Below, piece after piece: positions 9,536 to 18,195 of a stretch of DNA of 64,000 bases. The DNA lies in the NCBI GenBank assembly GCA_965223665.1, contig OZ245011.1, forward strand, positions 2,016,001-2,080,000, read 5' to 3'. Both the position numbers and the translations under genes were made by a program. Numbering within the stretch: the stretch's first letter is position 1; every line of letters begins with the position of its first letter. This DNA comes from Nitrospinaceae bacterium. GTDB lineage: Bacteria; Nitrospinota; Nitrospinia; Nitrospinales; Nitrospinaceae. The notes under the pieces were generated by a model. It did no database searches. It was given only the letters and a program-made list of their open reading frames with translations, and was not told the DNA's origin.

Positions 9536-9974
9536 GTGGCCCCTCCGTCAACGTGGAAATCTTTACTATTGTTAAACCCTGCTCCGCGGCAGGCCTATTT
9601 TTGTGTCACTCTGTAAGTTAAAAACTTAATGGTTGTCAGAATACTATGGGCCTTCAGGAATTATGTCAACCTGATTCAGGCCAATATGGGTATGTTGATT
9701 TTTTCTATGAAGGTGTGGGGATTTCGAATTTCCCGATGAATTGAGGGTAACATTCCCAAATAATCACGAGAAAGTTCATTATATATATAAGCGGATTTTG
9801 GCATGGCGCAGATGGGGGCATTACGGAAGAAATCAACCGCATTTCAGTGCTCACGGATTTTCCTTTTAGAGAAGACACGGCCCGCAACTAAATCATCAAA
9901 AGGCTATATTAAATGACAAATATTCCAAAACTTTTGGATTTCTCCGAAGGCGAAATTTAGGATTCCATTCAGAA

Positions 9975-11816
9975 TTATGAATTGGGGTTTTCCCTGGCTT
10001 CATCCAGCTTACGCTTTACCTCTAATGTCAGGCGATGATCTTTGCCAAGTTTGGATTGAAAGATGATTAACGCGTATTCGTAATTTCTAGCGGCTTTGGA
10101 TTTGTCCCCCTTCAACTTATAGGCATCTCCTAAATTACGCCAAGCCGGTGCAATTTCAAAATCAGGTCGACAATTGATTTTGCTGGCGACTGCTTGTTCA
10201 TAATATTTTATGGCTTGATCAACATTACCTTCTTTCATCCAAGTCGATCCTAACTCATCCATAACAGCTTGAACGGACAAATGATCGTATCCATAATGAA
10301 TTAATAAAGTACTTAATACTTTTTCATAAAATACTAAAGCCTTATCAAATTGCCTTTTATTTCCCCAAGCTCTTGCAAGTTTTTTCCATAAAAAAGCTGT
10401 CTCTATTTGATTATTTCCCGGCGAGTTTTCCCATATCTTTAAAGCATTTTCAAAACATTGGATCGCATTATCGTGATTACCCTGTTTAAACCATATCCTT
10501 CCTATTTCTTTCCAAATTGAGGAAACCTTATAATAATTCTCTCCAAAGTTATTTATCAAAATTTCCAAAGCCTTCTCATACATGGAAATGGCTTTATCAT
10601 AATCTTCCTTTATTTTCCAAACCTCCGCAAGATCGGACCACCGTTCCGCTAAATAAGGATGCGTTTCACCAAAAATTTTAAGGTCGCAATTCAAGGCCTT
10701 TTCGTAACATTCAAGTTCTTTATCGAAGTTCCCCTTGGTTCCCCAAGTCGACCCTATGTCCCTCCAACTACAGGCCACCCGAGGATGATCCTCTCCAAAG
10801 ATTCTTATATTTTGTGCTAAAGCTTTTTCATAGCAGTTAATTGCCTGGTCGTAGTCTGTTTTATAAAACCAACCATCGCCCAGGTCTTTCCAACATTTGG
10901 CAACTTCTGCACCCTTTTCTTCCCGAGTTTCTAAATTAATATTAAGGGAGGTTTCAAAACATTGAACCGCTTCATCATATTTTTCATGGCCTTCTAAAAC
11001 ATATCCTATCTGACCCCAAACATCGGCAATAAGCAAATCATCGTTTTTATTTTGTTGCTTTTGAAATTCAATGGCTTCATTGAAATACTTAAGGGCTTCA
11101 TCGTTTTGGCACAAATAAAAATAACATCTCCCCAGGGTACTCAAATTTAGAATTATGGCTGCGTAATTCGAGTTGGGTGAAAGTTGATTAATAGCAAGAG
11201 CCTTTTTCAAATAATCAACAGCTTCTTCTCTTTTTCCAATGGTAATCAACCATTCCGCTAGAGGCTGATAGTAAATAGAGTTTTCCGAATCCAGATTTAC
11301 GGCTTGTTGATAATACTTCACAGCTTGGGAGTAATCGAAATGATATTGTGCTAACTTTGCAATTAGGTAAGCCACCTCCGCAGCTTGAACTTTAAGCGGT
11401 GAAGTGGACAGAGAAAATTGATTTAATAATTTTTCCAATAATATTTCAGCCTTTGATGTTTTACCCTTCTTTAATCCAGACTGCGCTTCCCTGGATTCAT
11501 TTGGAGTAATTGAGGGTTCGCGCTCTAATACTTTTGCTACCCCTGCAAATAAGGCTTTCGTGTTTTCCCAATCGGATTCAATGTTGATTCGCCTCACATT
11601 CCCATATCTTAAAATGAATTCCCAAAGATTAGTTGTATCAATATCCCTCTCTTTGCCTTTTTGACACTCCTGCTTTAACTGATGTCGAACTTGGCAAAGT
11701 TTTTCCTCTAACTCCTGAGTGTGCTGGTCTAAAGAATATTCATTTATAAATAAGTTTTTATCTGAGGAAATTTTCTCTGGCCTGCCTTCCGGATTATCTA
11801 ATTCTTGGCTTGTCAT
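9975..11816 (-). CDS. Tetratricopeptide repeat protein (cytoplasmic paralog of 42743-44854)
   Basis: 42-aa TPRs (YEKAL...FGE.HP.VA..W); helical N-terminal region homologous to the 42743 protein; no signal peptide. Confidence 0.88.
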   Translation of the reverse strand: MTSQELDNPEGRPEKISSDKNLFINEYSLDQHTQELEEKLCQVRHQLKQECQKGKERDIDTTNLWEFILRYGNVRRINIESDWENTKALFAGVAKVLEREPSITPNESREAQSGLKKGKTSKAEILLEKLLNQFSLSTSPLKVQAAEVAYLIAKLAQYHFDYSQAVKYYQQAVNLDSENSIYYQPLAEWLITIGKREEAVDYLKKALAINQLSPNSNYAAIILNLSTLGRCYFYLCQNDEALKYFNEAIEFQKQQNKNDDLLIADVWGQIGYVLEGHEKYDEAVQCFETSLNINLETREEKGAEVAKCWKDLGDGWFYKTDYDQAINCYEKALAQNIRIFGEDHPRVACSWRDIGSTWGTKGNFDKELECYEKALNCDLKIFGETHPYLAERWSDLAEVWKIKEDYDKAISMYEKALEILINNFGENYYKVSSIWKEIGRIWFKQGNHDNAIQCFENALKIWENSPGNNQIETAFLWKKLARAWGNKRQFDKALVFYEKVLSTLLIHYGYDHLSVQAVMDELGSTWMKEGNVDQAIKYYEQAVASKINCRPDFEIAPAWRNLGDAYKLKGDKSKAARNYEYALIIFQSKLGKDHRLTLEVKRKLDEARENPNS

Positions 11817-11893
11817 TTACTGATTTAATTTGAAGGTTTCTCAAAAAAATCACGAGTTGCTTCTATATATAGGATAGGGATTCAAGGAACGTT

Positions 11894-12379
11894 TTACTTG
11901 GAAAATTCCCATTGGCCGTCTTTATTTTTTTGGATGAGGAAGTTGTAGGACTTGCTGGTTTTGATGATCCAGCCTTCCGGTGGGGTAGTAGCACTTAAGA
12001 TCGCGCCGTCGAGTCCGGCCTTTTCTACTTTGTTGCGGAACTTCGACCAAATGTCTTCCGCCTCTTTCCGCAGTTCTGCCACATTGTCGAGTTTGATCTC
12101 GGTCAGATACCGAAGCATCAACGCAGCTTTTCCATCGGACGAATGCATTTTGGACAGCCCCATGATTTTTACCACTCGACCCGATGGCAACACTTCGACC
12201 TGGTAATCGCCCCCGCCCTGGATTCGTTGGATTTTAAAATCCGAGGCGATCGAATTTTTATGAGTATGCAGAAAGGCATTTTGCGGTTGCCTGTCGATCC
12301 ATTCATTTGCATGAGAAGCGGAAAGAGAAAAGACCCAACCCACAAGTAGCAATACGAGAATTAAGTTAAGTTGTTTCAT
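11894..12379 (-). CDS. Secreted hypothetical protein (paralog of 15417-15905)
   Basis: Signal peptide; shares VLPSGR..KI, ALML.Y.T.I, ELRKEAEDIW and PEGWIIKTS with its paralog. Confidence 0.8.
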   Translation of the reverse strand: MKQLNLILVLLLVGWVFSLSASHANEWIDRQPQNAFLHTHKNSIASDFKIQRIQGGGDYQVEVLPSGRVVKIMGLSKMHSSDGKAALMLRYLTEIKLDNVAELRKEAEDIWSKFRNKVEKAGLDGAILSATTPPEGWIIKTSKSYNFLIQKNKDGQWEFSK

Positions 12380-12389
12380 TAAACTTTTG

Positions 12390-13070
12390 TTAAAAGCACT
12401 GGTTGATGGAAATGGACTTGAGGATTTTTTTGAACTGCTTATCCAGATTTTTCTTCTCTTTATCCTCCACAGGTCGCGAACTCGAAATCATATAAAACTT
12501 ATTGTCTAATGTAATGATCCAGGCTTCAATAACACCTTTAGACGTTTTTCCATTATCAAAAAACACAGTGAAACTAAACTTGAAATTGGTCGCATCTAAT
12601 CCGGAAATTCTTTCCGGATTGGGACCGATCAATAATTCAAAGTTGGTCGCTCTTTGAGTGTAATAGGCAATCGTTTCTTCGGCCAAAGCCTGGGAAGACA
12701 TGTGACGTGGTCCCATCGGTTCCAGCGAAACTTGAAACCCCGGGTTATCGCCGTCATAAGGTTCAGGAAATCGCGCGATGGTAATCGGTTCCAATCCGGT
12801 TTCCTGTTCCAACGACTTATAATAATTGTTGATTTGTTCTCTTTCCTGCGGTGAAACATTCTTAAACGGGTACCCCTGGCTTTTGAAAACCTCATCCAGC
12901 GTTAAAAAATGCCAGCCCTTCGGTTTGGTAATGGAGAAACATACCGTTTTATTATAATAATTGTTGTCCCTAATGATTTTTGCGTTTTTCGTGGAAAAGC
13001 CCGACAAGACCGCCAGACAAAATATTAATCCCGCCAAACCCAAACTTTTTCTCATCCATTTCTTCATCAC
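12390..13070 (-). CDS. Secreted hypothetical protein, PsbP/DcrB-like (paralog of 16062-16736)
   Basis: Signal/anchor; F.ITKP.GW; C-terminal F..IL.SI pattern. Confidence 0.75.
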   Translation of the reverse strand: MMKKWMRKSLGLAGLIFCLAVLSGFSTKNAKIIRDNNYYNKTVCFSITKPKGWHFLTLDEVFKSQGYPFKNVSPQEREQINNYYKSLEQETGLEPITIARFPEPYDGDNPGFQVSLEPMGPRHMSSQALAEETIAYYTQRATNFELLIGPNPERISGLDATNFKFSFTVFFDNGKTSKGVIEAWIITLDNKFYMISSSRPVEDKEKKNLDKQFKKILKSISINQCF

Positions 13071-13097
13071 ATTGCATTCCTGTTAATTAGAGATTAC

Positions 13098-13133
13098 ACT
13101 GAATAGTATTGATCCTATATCTTTATTTGTCAA
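13098..13133 (-). promoter_or_regulatory. Conserved upstream element / probable sigma70 promoter, copy 1
   Basis: 28 bp ACTGAATAGTATTGATCCTATATCTTTA identical to 16763-16790, each followed by nnnGTCAA (TTGAC on the minus strand). Confidence 0.55.
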
Positions 13134-13188
13134 TTTATTAATAAATCGCCCATTTATCTTTAAAAGAATAGCTAACCACAAAAGAATA

Positions 13189-13532
13189 ATGAAGATAACT
13201 ATCCAAGGAAAAAATATAACTTTATTTCGTGTGGTTGACAAGTTTGAATTGGACTATATCGTTTTAAATACTGAACCACCTATTACTCTAAAATTTATTA
13301 TAGAAATACATCAAAATACAGAAAAAGAAAAAGTCTATTTTCCTAAGGTATATCAGCTTGATATGTTTTCAATTTCACCACTAATTTTTCTAAAGATAGC
13401 GTCAACGAGCCAGCAGATGAAAACATTATAATTGAAGATGATTTATATGATTGGGAAACCTTGATTGAGGATGATCCCGATAAGGTTTTGAATAAAGTTT
13501 TAAAAATTATCAGCGATAAATTTAATGAGTAA
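13189..13532 (+). pseudogene. Frameshifted hypothetical gene
   Basis: ORF 13189-13431 continues in another frame from about 13385 as FSKDSVNEPADENIIIEDDLYDWETLIEDDPDKVLNKVLKIISDKFNE*, stop at 13532. Confidence 0.6.
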
Positions 13533-13552
13533 AAATCACTTTAATATTTAGA

Positions 13553-14116
13553 TTGGATAATTTTTCGTATTTCTTTCGAAGAATAAAAAATTTTATGGAA
13601 CCGTATTTCAAATATTTTCTTCGATATAAAAATTTAACGATTTTTTTGAGCGTTTGGTTTGTGATGACGAACCTGGGGTGTTTCTGGGAATACACACATG
13701 GTTATACTGGAATTTTTATTATGGAACAGAAACCCTTTCCACCCATAGAGACCTTGTCCGGTTTTAATCGAAGATTTGTTTTTTATTCCTTAATTCTTGG
13801 GTCGCCCATATTGTGGGGAATACTCGCCCACTATTTTATTTCTGGTCTTCGCTCCAAAACGTTATCTGAGTTAGATCTTCCCCAAACCTTAATTAGGGAA
13901 AGCAAATCAACTGCCAGGTACTTATATATCTCTATGGCAACCCTACATTTTGTTACTATTCTTATTATCTTTCTTTTTATTTTTGTGGTTCCAAGTAAAA
14001 AAAGCTCCACGGAGCAAGCTATTCTTTTTCTAAAAATGGGGGGGCTTTTACTGTTGGGTTATATTGGAAATAAGTACATAGTGCCCTATCTTAAAACTTT
14101 AGCGAGAAAACATTGA
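13553..14116 (+). CDS. Hypothetical membrane protein (4 TM)
   Basis: ORF track; hydrophobic segments; true start may be the ATG at 13595. Confidence 0.65.
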   Translation: MDNFSYFFRRIKNFMEPYFKYFLRYKNLTIFLSVWFVMTNLGCFWEYTHGYTGIFIMEQKPFPPIETLSGFNRRFVFYSLILGSPILWGILAHYFISGLRSKTLSELDLPQTLIRESKSTARYLYISMATLHFVTILIIFLFIFVVPSKKSSTEQAILFLKMGGLLLLGYIGNKYIVPYLKTLARKH

Positions 14117-14484
14117 ACTTAATCAAATCAACTTATATTTACTTAGAAGGATTGTTTCCGGAGAGATATCGCGCCCATGATAAAAAAAACTTGAGCGGGC
14201 ACCGAAAGTTCGCTTTTATCACTTATTTTTCGATCATGCTGATCAGTCCAAGTATATACTTTTATAAAATGGGATTTAAGGATTTCGGGTTGGGAGTGAT
14301 CTTTCGGGAAATTTTTTGGAATCCAATGGTTATATATGGCTTGGGATTAGGGGTGGGTTGTATGGGATATTTAGTAGGAGTAATCTTACAAAGGGAACCC
14401 GAAACAACTCATAGAATTTTTTACGGATGCACCATTCTTGGTGTCGTTTACTTTTTATACAAGCATTACAATTCGTTTAACTGA
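14113..14484 (+). CDS. Hypothetical membrane protein (3 TM)
   Basis: ORF track; 4-nt overlap with the previous gene. Confidence 0.65.
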   Translation: MNLIKSTYIYLEGLFPERYRAHDKKNLSGHRKFAFITYFSIMLISPSIYFYKMGFKDFGLGVIFREIFWNPMVIYGLGLGVGCMGYLVGVILQREPETTHRIFYGCTILGVVYFLYKHYNSFN

Positions 14485-14512
14485 TTTAAACCTATTAAAG
14501 AGGACTTATTAA

Positions 14513-14830
14513 TTGTTCGATTCTTTAATCAGCCGGAATACTCAATATCTAATCCTGCTTTTGTATATCGCCATTTTTGCGATTGGCTTCTGGGTGCGGA
14601 AGGGAAAACCGGAAAAGCAAATCTACCGCCAGTTTACATGGAAAGCCTGCTTGGTGTATATGATTCCATTCAATGACTCGTGGAAACGGTTTGTTAACCG
14701 GGAAGATTTGCCATTGTTTGAAGAATATTTTTTCCGATGGAACATTTTCAGTTCAATACTAATTTGGGTAAATTTTTTTGTTTTAACTTATGTCACATAT
14801 ATAGTTTTTACAAAACTAGGCATCTTATAA
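14513..14830 (+). CDS. Small membrane protein (paralog of 16838-17155)
   Basis: GAGG RBS, TTG start; shares KGKPEKQI.RQFTWKA.LVYMIPFND.WK and LFEEYFFR. Confidence 0.8.
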   Translation: MFDSLISRNTQYLILLLYIAIFAIGFWVRKGKPEKQIYRQFTWKACLVYMIPFNDSWKRFVNREDLPLFEEYFFRWNIFSSILIWVNFFVLTYVTYIVFTKLGIL

Positions 14831-14843
14831 GAACCTTTGATCT

Positions 14844-15359
14844 ATGAATAAATTTATCATAGCAACCTGGCTTTCTAGAATTTCCTTAATGGTTGCTATA
14901 GCCATACTCTTAGCATTACATTTTCCTGAGTATGTATTATCTAAATTATGGCATTTAAAAAACGGGTCTCACCGCATCATCGGAAATATTAAAGTAACCA
15001 TTCCGAAGGAAATGATTGCTATTAAAAAAACCGGAAAAGCTTCAGAGAAGTATGGCTCTTTTAATATTGTTTCTGCGGATGTAAAAAAAACTAAATTTAT
15101 TCTTTCAATTTTTAAATTTCCCGAAGACAAACCCTTCCCTATGAAGAAAATTTTTAAGTCACGAGGACATAGGAATATGCAGGACTTGCCCTGCCACATC
15201 CTGAACCAGGAGTGCCAATGGCTCAAATCTTATAGTGGTAAAAATAAATATGAAGAAAATATTTTCATAACCAAGGAACGAATTTGGATCAGCTTCACCG
15301 GAAAACCTGAAGAAAGAACCCACTTACTCAACGTCATTTCCCAAATGGAATTAAACTAA
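14844..15359 (+). CDS. Membrane-anchored hypothetical protein (paralog of 17168-17722)
   Basis: Shares KLWHL, GNIKVT.P..MI, C.IL.QEC.WL.SY and G.PEER.H.LNVIS. Confidence 0.8.
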   Translation: MNKFIIATWLSRISLMVAIAILLALHFPEYVLSKLWHLKNGSHRIIGNIKVTIPKEMIAIKKTGKASEKYGSFNIVSADVKKTKFILSIFKFPEDKPFPMKKIFKSRGHRNMQDLPCHILNQECQWLKSYSGKNKYEENIFITKERIWISFTGKPEERTHLLNVISQMELN

Positions 15360-15416
15360 AAGAAAGAGTGAAATTTTCCAGGCTGGACCATCCATTGATT
15401 TACCGCCAGGATCACC

Positions 15417-15905
15417 TCATTTTTTATTGGGGAACTTCCACTCGCCCTGCTCATTCTTTTTAACTACAAAGTTTTTGGACCTACTGGTTTTGATGATCCA
15501 GCCCTCGGGGATCGTGCTGGCACTTAAAACAGCATTGTTGAGTTCGGCCTTTTCAACATCATATCGAAACACTGTCCAAATATCTTCCGCTTCTTTACGT
15601 AATTCGGCTTTATTGTCAAAGTCAATATCGGTGATATACTGAAGCATCAATGCAGGATCACCTTTGGCAAAATACATTTTGACCATTTTCAAAATTTTAA
15701 CTTTTCTTCCGGAGGGTAATACCTGCACATGGTAATCTCCTCCGGAAACCCGCTGCACTTTAAAATCCGATTGAGAAGCGTTTGTCTGGGATTGAAAGAA
15801 AGCTTTGTGAGGAACTCCCGGTTGCCAATCCTCCGCAAAAGCAGGAAGCACAGCACAAACCCCAAAGGTGATTAAAAGAACAAAATAAAATGTAAATTTT
15901 CGCAT
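15417..15905 (-). CDS. Secreted hypothetical protein (paralog of 11894-12379)
   Basis: GGAGG RBS, signal peptide, clear paralogy. Confidence 0.82.
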   Translation of the reverse strand: MRKFTFYFVLLITFGVCAVLPAFAEDWQPGVPHKAFFQSQTNASQSDFKVQRVSGGDYHVQVLPSGRKVKILKMVKMYFAKGDPALMLQYITDIDFDNKAELRKEAEDIWTVFRYDVEKAELNNAVLSASTIPEGWIIKTSRSKNFVVKKNEQGEWKFPNKK

Positions 15906-16061
15906 ATACTTTTCCCTCCTTAGGGATTGCTATTTACGATTCGGGAAGATTTTCATTTTAAGAAATCAATCCTTCCTTTTTATTTGTCCCCACCATTAAA
16001 CAAATCAGTTCAGATTCTGATGTCAATTCATTCTCTTTTATAAATTAAAGAAATCACCAAT

Positions 16062-16736
16062 TTAATTATCGATCACTATGGAATTAAAAATTTGCTGAAA
16101 CTGCTTTTCATAAAAAACACAATCCTTTTTCGGACATTCATTACTCAATAAAAAATATCCTTTCCCCTTGGGCACAACCCAAAACTTACTTTTGCTTGGA
16201 ACAACAACTTCGGGTTCTAAAAGATAATCAAAAGAAAAGCTTGAATAAGCTCCTTCAAAGCTTGAAACTTTAGCCTTCCTAGGTTTTGTTATAATCTTGA
16301 AATTTTTCATTTTATGGGAAAAAAAGAAAAGGTATTCCTTTATTAATATTTCTGCTGTATCAGTTAAATAATCTTCATTTAGGTGGAAAGCAACTTGAAA
16401 AGAAGGATTACTGCCATCATAAGGTTCCTGGAATCGATTAATAGATAACGGCTCCATCCCGGTTTGTTTCTCCAATTTAAGCATGTTTTCCTTTATCTTT
16501 TCTATTTCTTCCTGAGTTAAATTCATATCCATACCTTTAGTCTCAAACTGATCCCCCACTCCCAAAAAATTCCAGATTTGCGGCTTCGTCACCGAAATCC
16601 CCACTGTTTGGTTATAATAGCGATGTTCTCCAATAATTTTGGCATTCTGCTCCGAAAAGCCTACCAAAACATACTGACACACCAACAACCCCGCCAAAAC
16701 CAACGGTTTTTTAATCCAATCCGCCATGGAATTCAC
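16062..16736 (-). CDS. Secreted hypothetical protein, PsbP/DcrB-like (paralog of 12390-13070)
   Basis: Shares NAKII...YYN.TV..S.TKP and LE..TG.EP..I.RF.EPYDG.NP.FQV. Confidence 0.75.
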   Translation of the reverse strand: MNSMADWIKKPLVLAGLLVCQYVLVGFSEQNAKIIGEHRYYNQTVGISVTKPQIWNFLGVGDQFETKGMDMNLTQEEIEKIKENMLKLEKQTGMEPLSINRFQEPYDGSNPSFQVAFHLNEDYLTDTAEILIKEYLFFFSHKMKNFKIITKPRKAKVSSFEGAYSSFSFDYLLEPEVVVPSKSKFWVVPKGKGYFLLSNECPKKDCVFYEKQFQQIFNSIVIDN

Positions 16737-16762
16737 TTCCTAACTTATATTTGTGAGTTTAT

Positions 16763-16798
16763 ACTGAATAGTATTGATCCTATATCTTTAAAAGTCAA
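16763..16798 (-). promoter_or_regulatory. Conserved upstream element / probable promoter, copy 2
   Basis: First 28 bp identical to 13098-13125. Confidence 0.55.
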
Positions 16799-16837
16799 AC
16801 AAATATCTTTCTTTTAGATTTAACTAATGGAGGCCAG

Positions 16838-17155
16838 TTGCCCGATCTATTAGTCAGCAAAAACATTCAATATTTAATTTATCTTTTGTATGGCGTGAAT
16901 TTTCTTATTGTCTATTGGGCCTGGAAGGGAAAGCCGGAAAAACAAATCTTTCGTCAATTCACCTGGAAAGCCTGGCTGGTGTATATGATTCCATTCAATG
17001 ACCGATGGAAACAATTTATTAAAGCCGATGATATGTCATTGTTTGAAGAGTATTTTTTCCGATGCAATATCACCGCTTCTTGTTTTATCTGGACAAAACT
17101 ATTCATCATTGTTTTTGTATTTTGTTTTGTCCTCGATAAAATGGGATATATGTAA
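16838..17155 (+). CDS. Small membrane protein (paralog of 14513-14830)
   Basis: GGAGG RBS, TTG start, paralogy. Confidence 0.8.
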   Translation: MPDLLVSKNIQYLIYLLYGVNFLIVYWAWKGKPEKQIFRQFTWKAWLVYMIPFNDRWKQFIKADDMSLFEEYFFRCNITASCFIWTKLFIIVFVFCFVLDKMGYM

Positions 17156-17167
17156 AAGGAAAAAAAT

Positions 17168-17722
17168 ATGAACAAATATTCATTTTCCACATGGGTTTTT
17201 AGAATATCGATATTAGCATTAACAGGTGTAACTTTTATTCCTCCATCATTTTACGAAGTAGTTGTCACCAAACTTTGGCATTTGAGACACGATTCTTATC
17301 GGTATCTCGGTAACATCAAAGTGACGGTTCCGGAGGATATGATTATTCCCAGACCACTTGTACCCATGGAAACCTTTGACAAATTTAATATGGATAAAGT
17401 TGACTTCGAAAACCCAAGTGTTTTCCTTTCTTTTACTAGGTTTTATGAAACCAAAGATTTTGAAGACTCCTTTACATTTAAGAAATTTTTAAAAACTCAA
17501 GGTCATACCGAGGTAAAGGATTTATCCTGCAATATTTTGGGTCAGGAATGCGAATGGCTACAGTCCTATGATGGCCAAAAAACAATAGATAAATACAGAG
17601 AAACCATTTTTTTTAAGAAAGAAAAAATCTGGATCACTTATCGAGGAAATCCCGAAGAGAGAATCCACTTTTTAAATGTCATTTCCAAATTGAAATATGA
17701 CGATTCAAAAAAACCGACTTAA
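17168..17722 (+). CDS. Membrane-anchored hypothetical protein (paralog of 14844-15359)
   Basis: Paralogy; AAGGA RBS. Confidence 0.8.
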   Translation: MNKYSFSTWVFRISILALTGVTFIPPSFYEVVVTKLWHLRHDSYRYLGNIKVTVPEDMIIPRPLVPMETFDKFNMDKVDFENPSVFLSFTRFYETKDFEDSFTFKKFLKTQGHTEVKDLSCNILGQECEWLQSYDGQKTIDKYRETIFFKKEKIWITYRGNPEERIHFLNVISKLKYDDSKKPT

Positions 17723-17734
17723 AAGTAATTCACT

Positions 17735-18103
17735 ATGAACAATGATGAATTGATAAATTCCTGGATTCTTTATAACTCCGCCAGGAAGAACTCCATAGAT
17801 AGAGACAAACATTACTGGGCAGAGGAAAGATTGAATGACTTGGTAATGAATGAGCCGCAACAGGCCTTAACAATAATACTAGAATTAATGGAATCTGATC
17901 TCAATGAACATGCATTTTCTTGTCTTGCAGCTGGCCCATTGGAAGATTTATTAGCCGACTGGGGAGACGAAATAATTGATCAAGTGGAAGAACTCGCCAG
18001 GAAAAACCCGAAGTTCAACCAATTACTCCGCGGTGTTTGGCAAAACGCTATGAGTGATGAAGTTTGGGCACGCATTAAAAAAGTCAGTAATAACGTTTGG
18101 TAG
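17735..18103 (+). CDS. DUF6869-like protein (immunity-like)
   Basis: Motif LAAGPLEDLL..G...ID.VE.LAR.NP.F..LL.GVW. Confidence 0.75.
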   Translation: MNNDELINSWILYNSARKNSIDRDKHYWAEERLNDLVMNEPQQALTIILELMESDLNEHAFSCLAAGPLEDLLADWGDEIIDQVEELARKNPKFNQLLRGVWQNAMSDEVWARIKKVSNNVW

Positions 18104-18195
18104 TTTTTCGATTTGACAATTTATATTTAAATGGAAAGTTATTCGAGGATTTGGTTAAAGAAACATAAACAAGTGTGCATGCGTGAAGGAAATTA

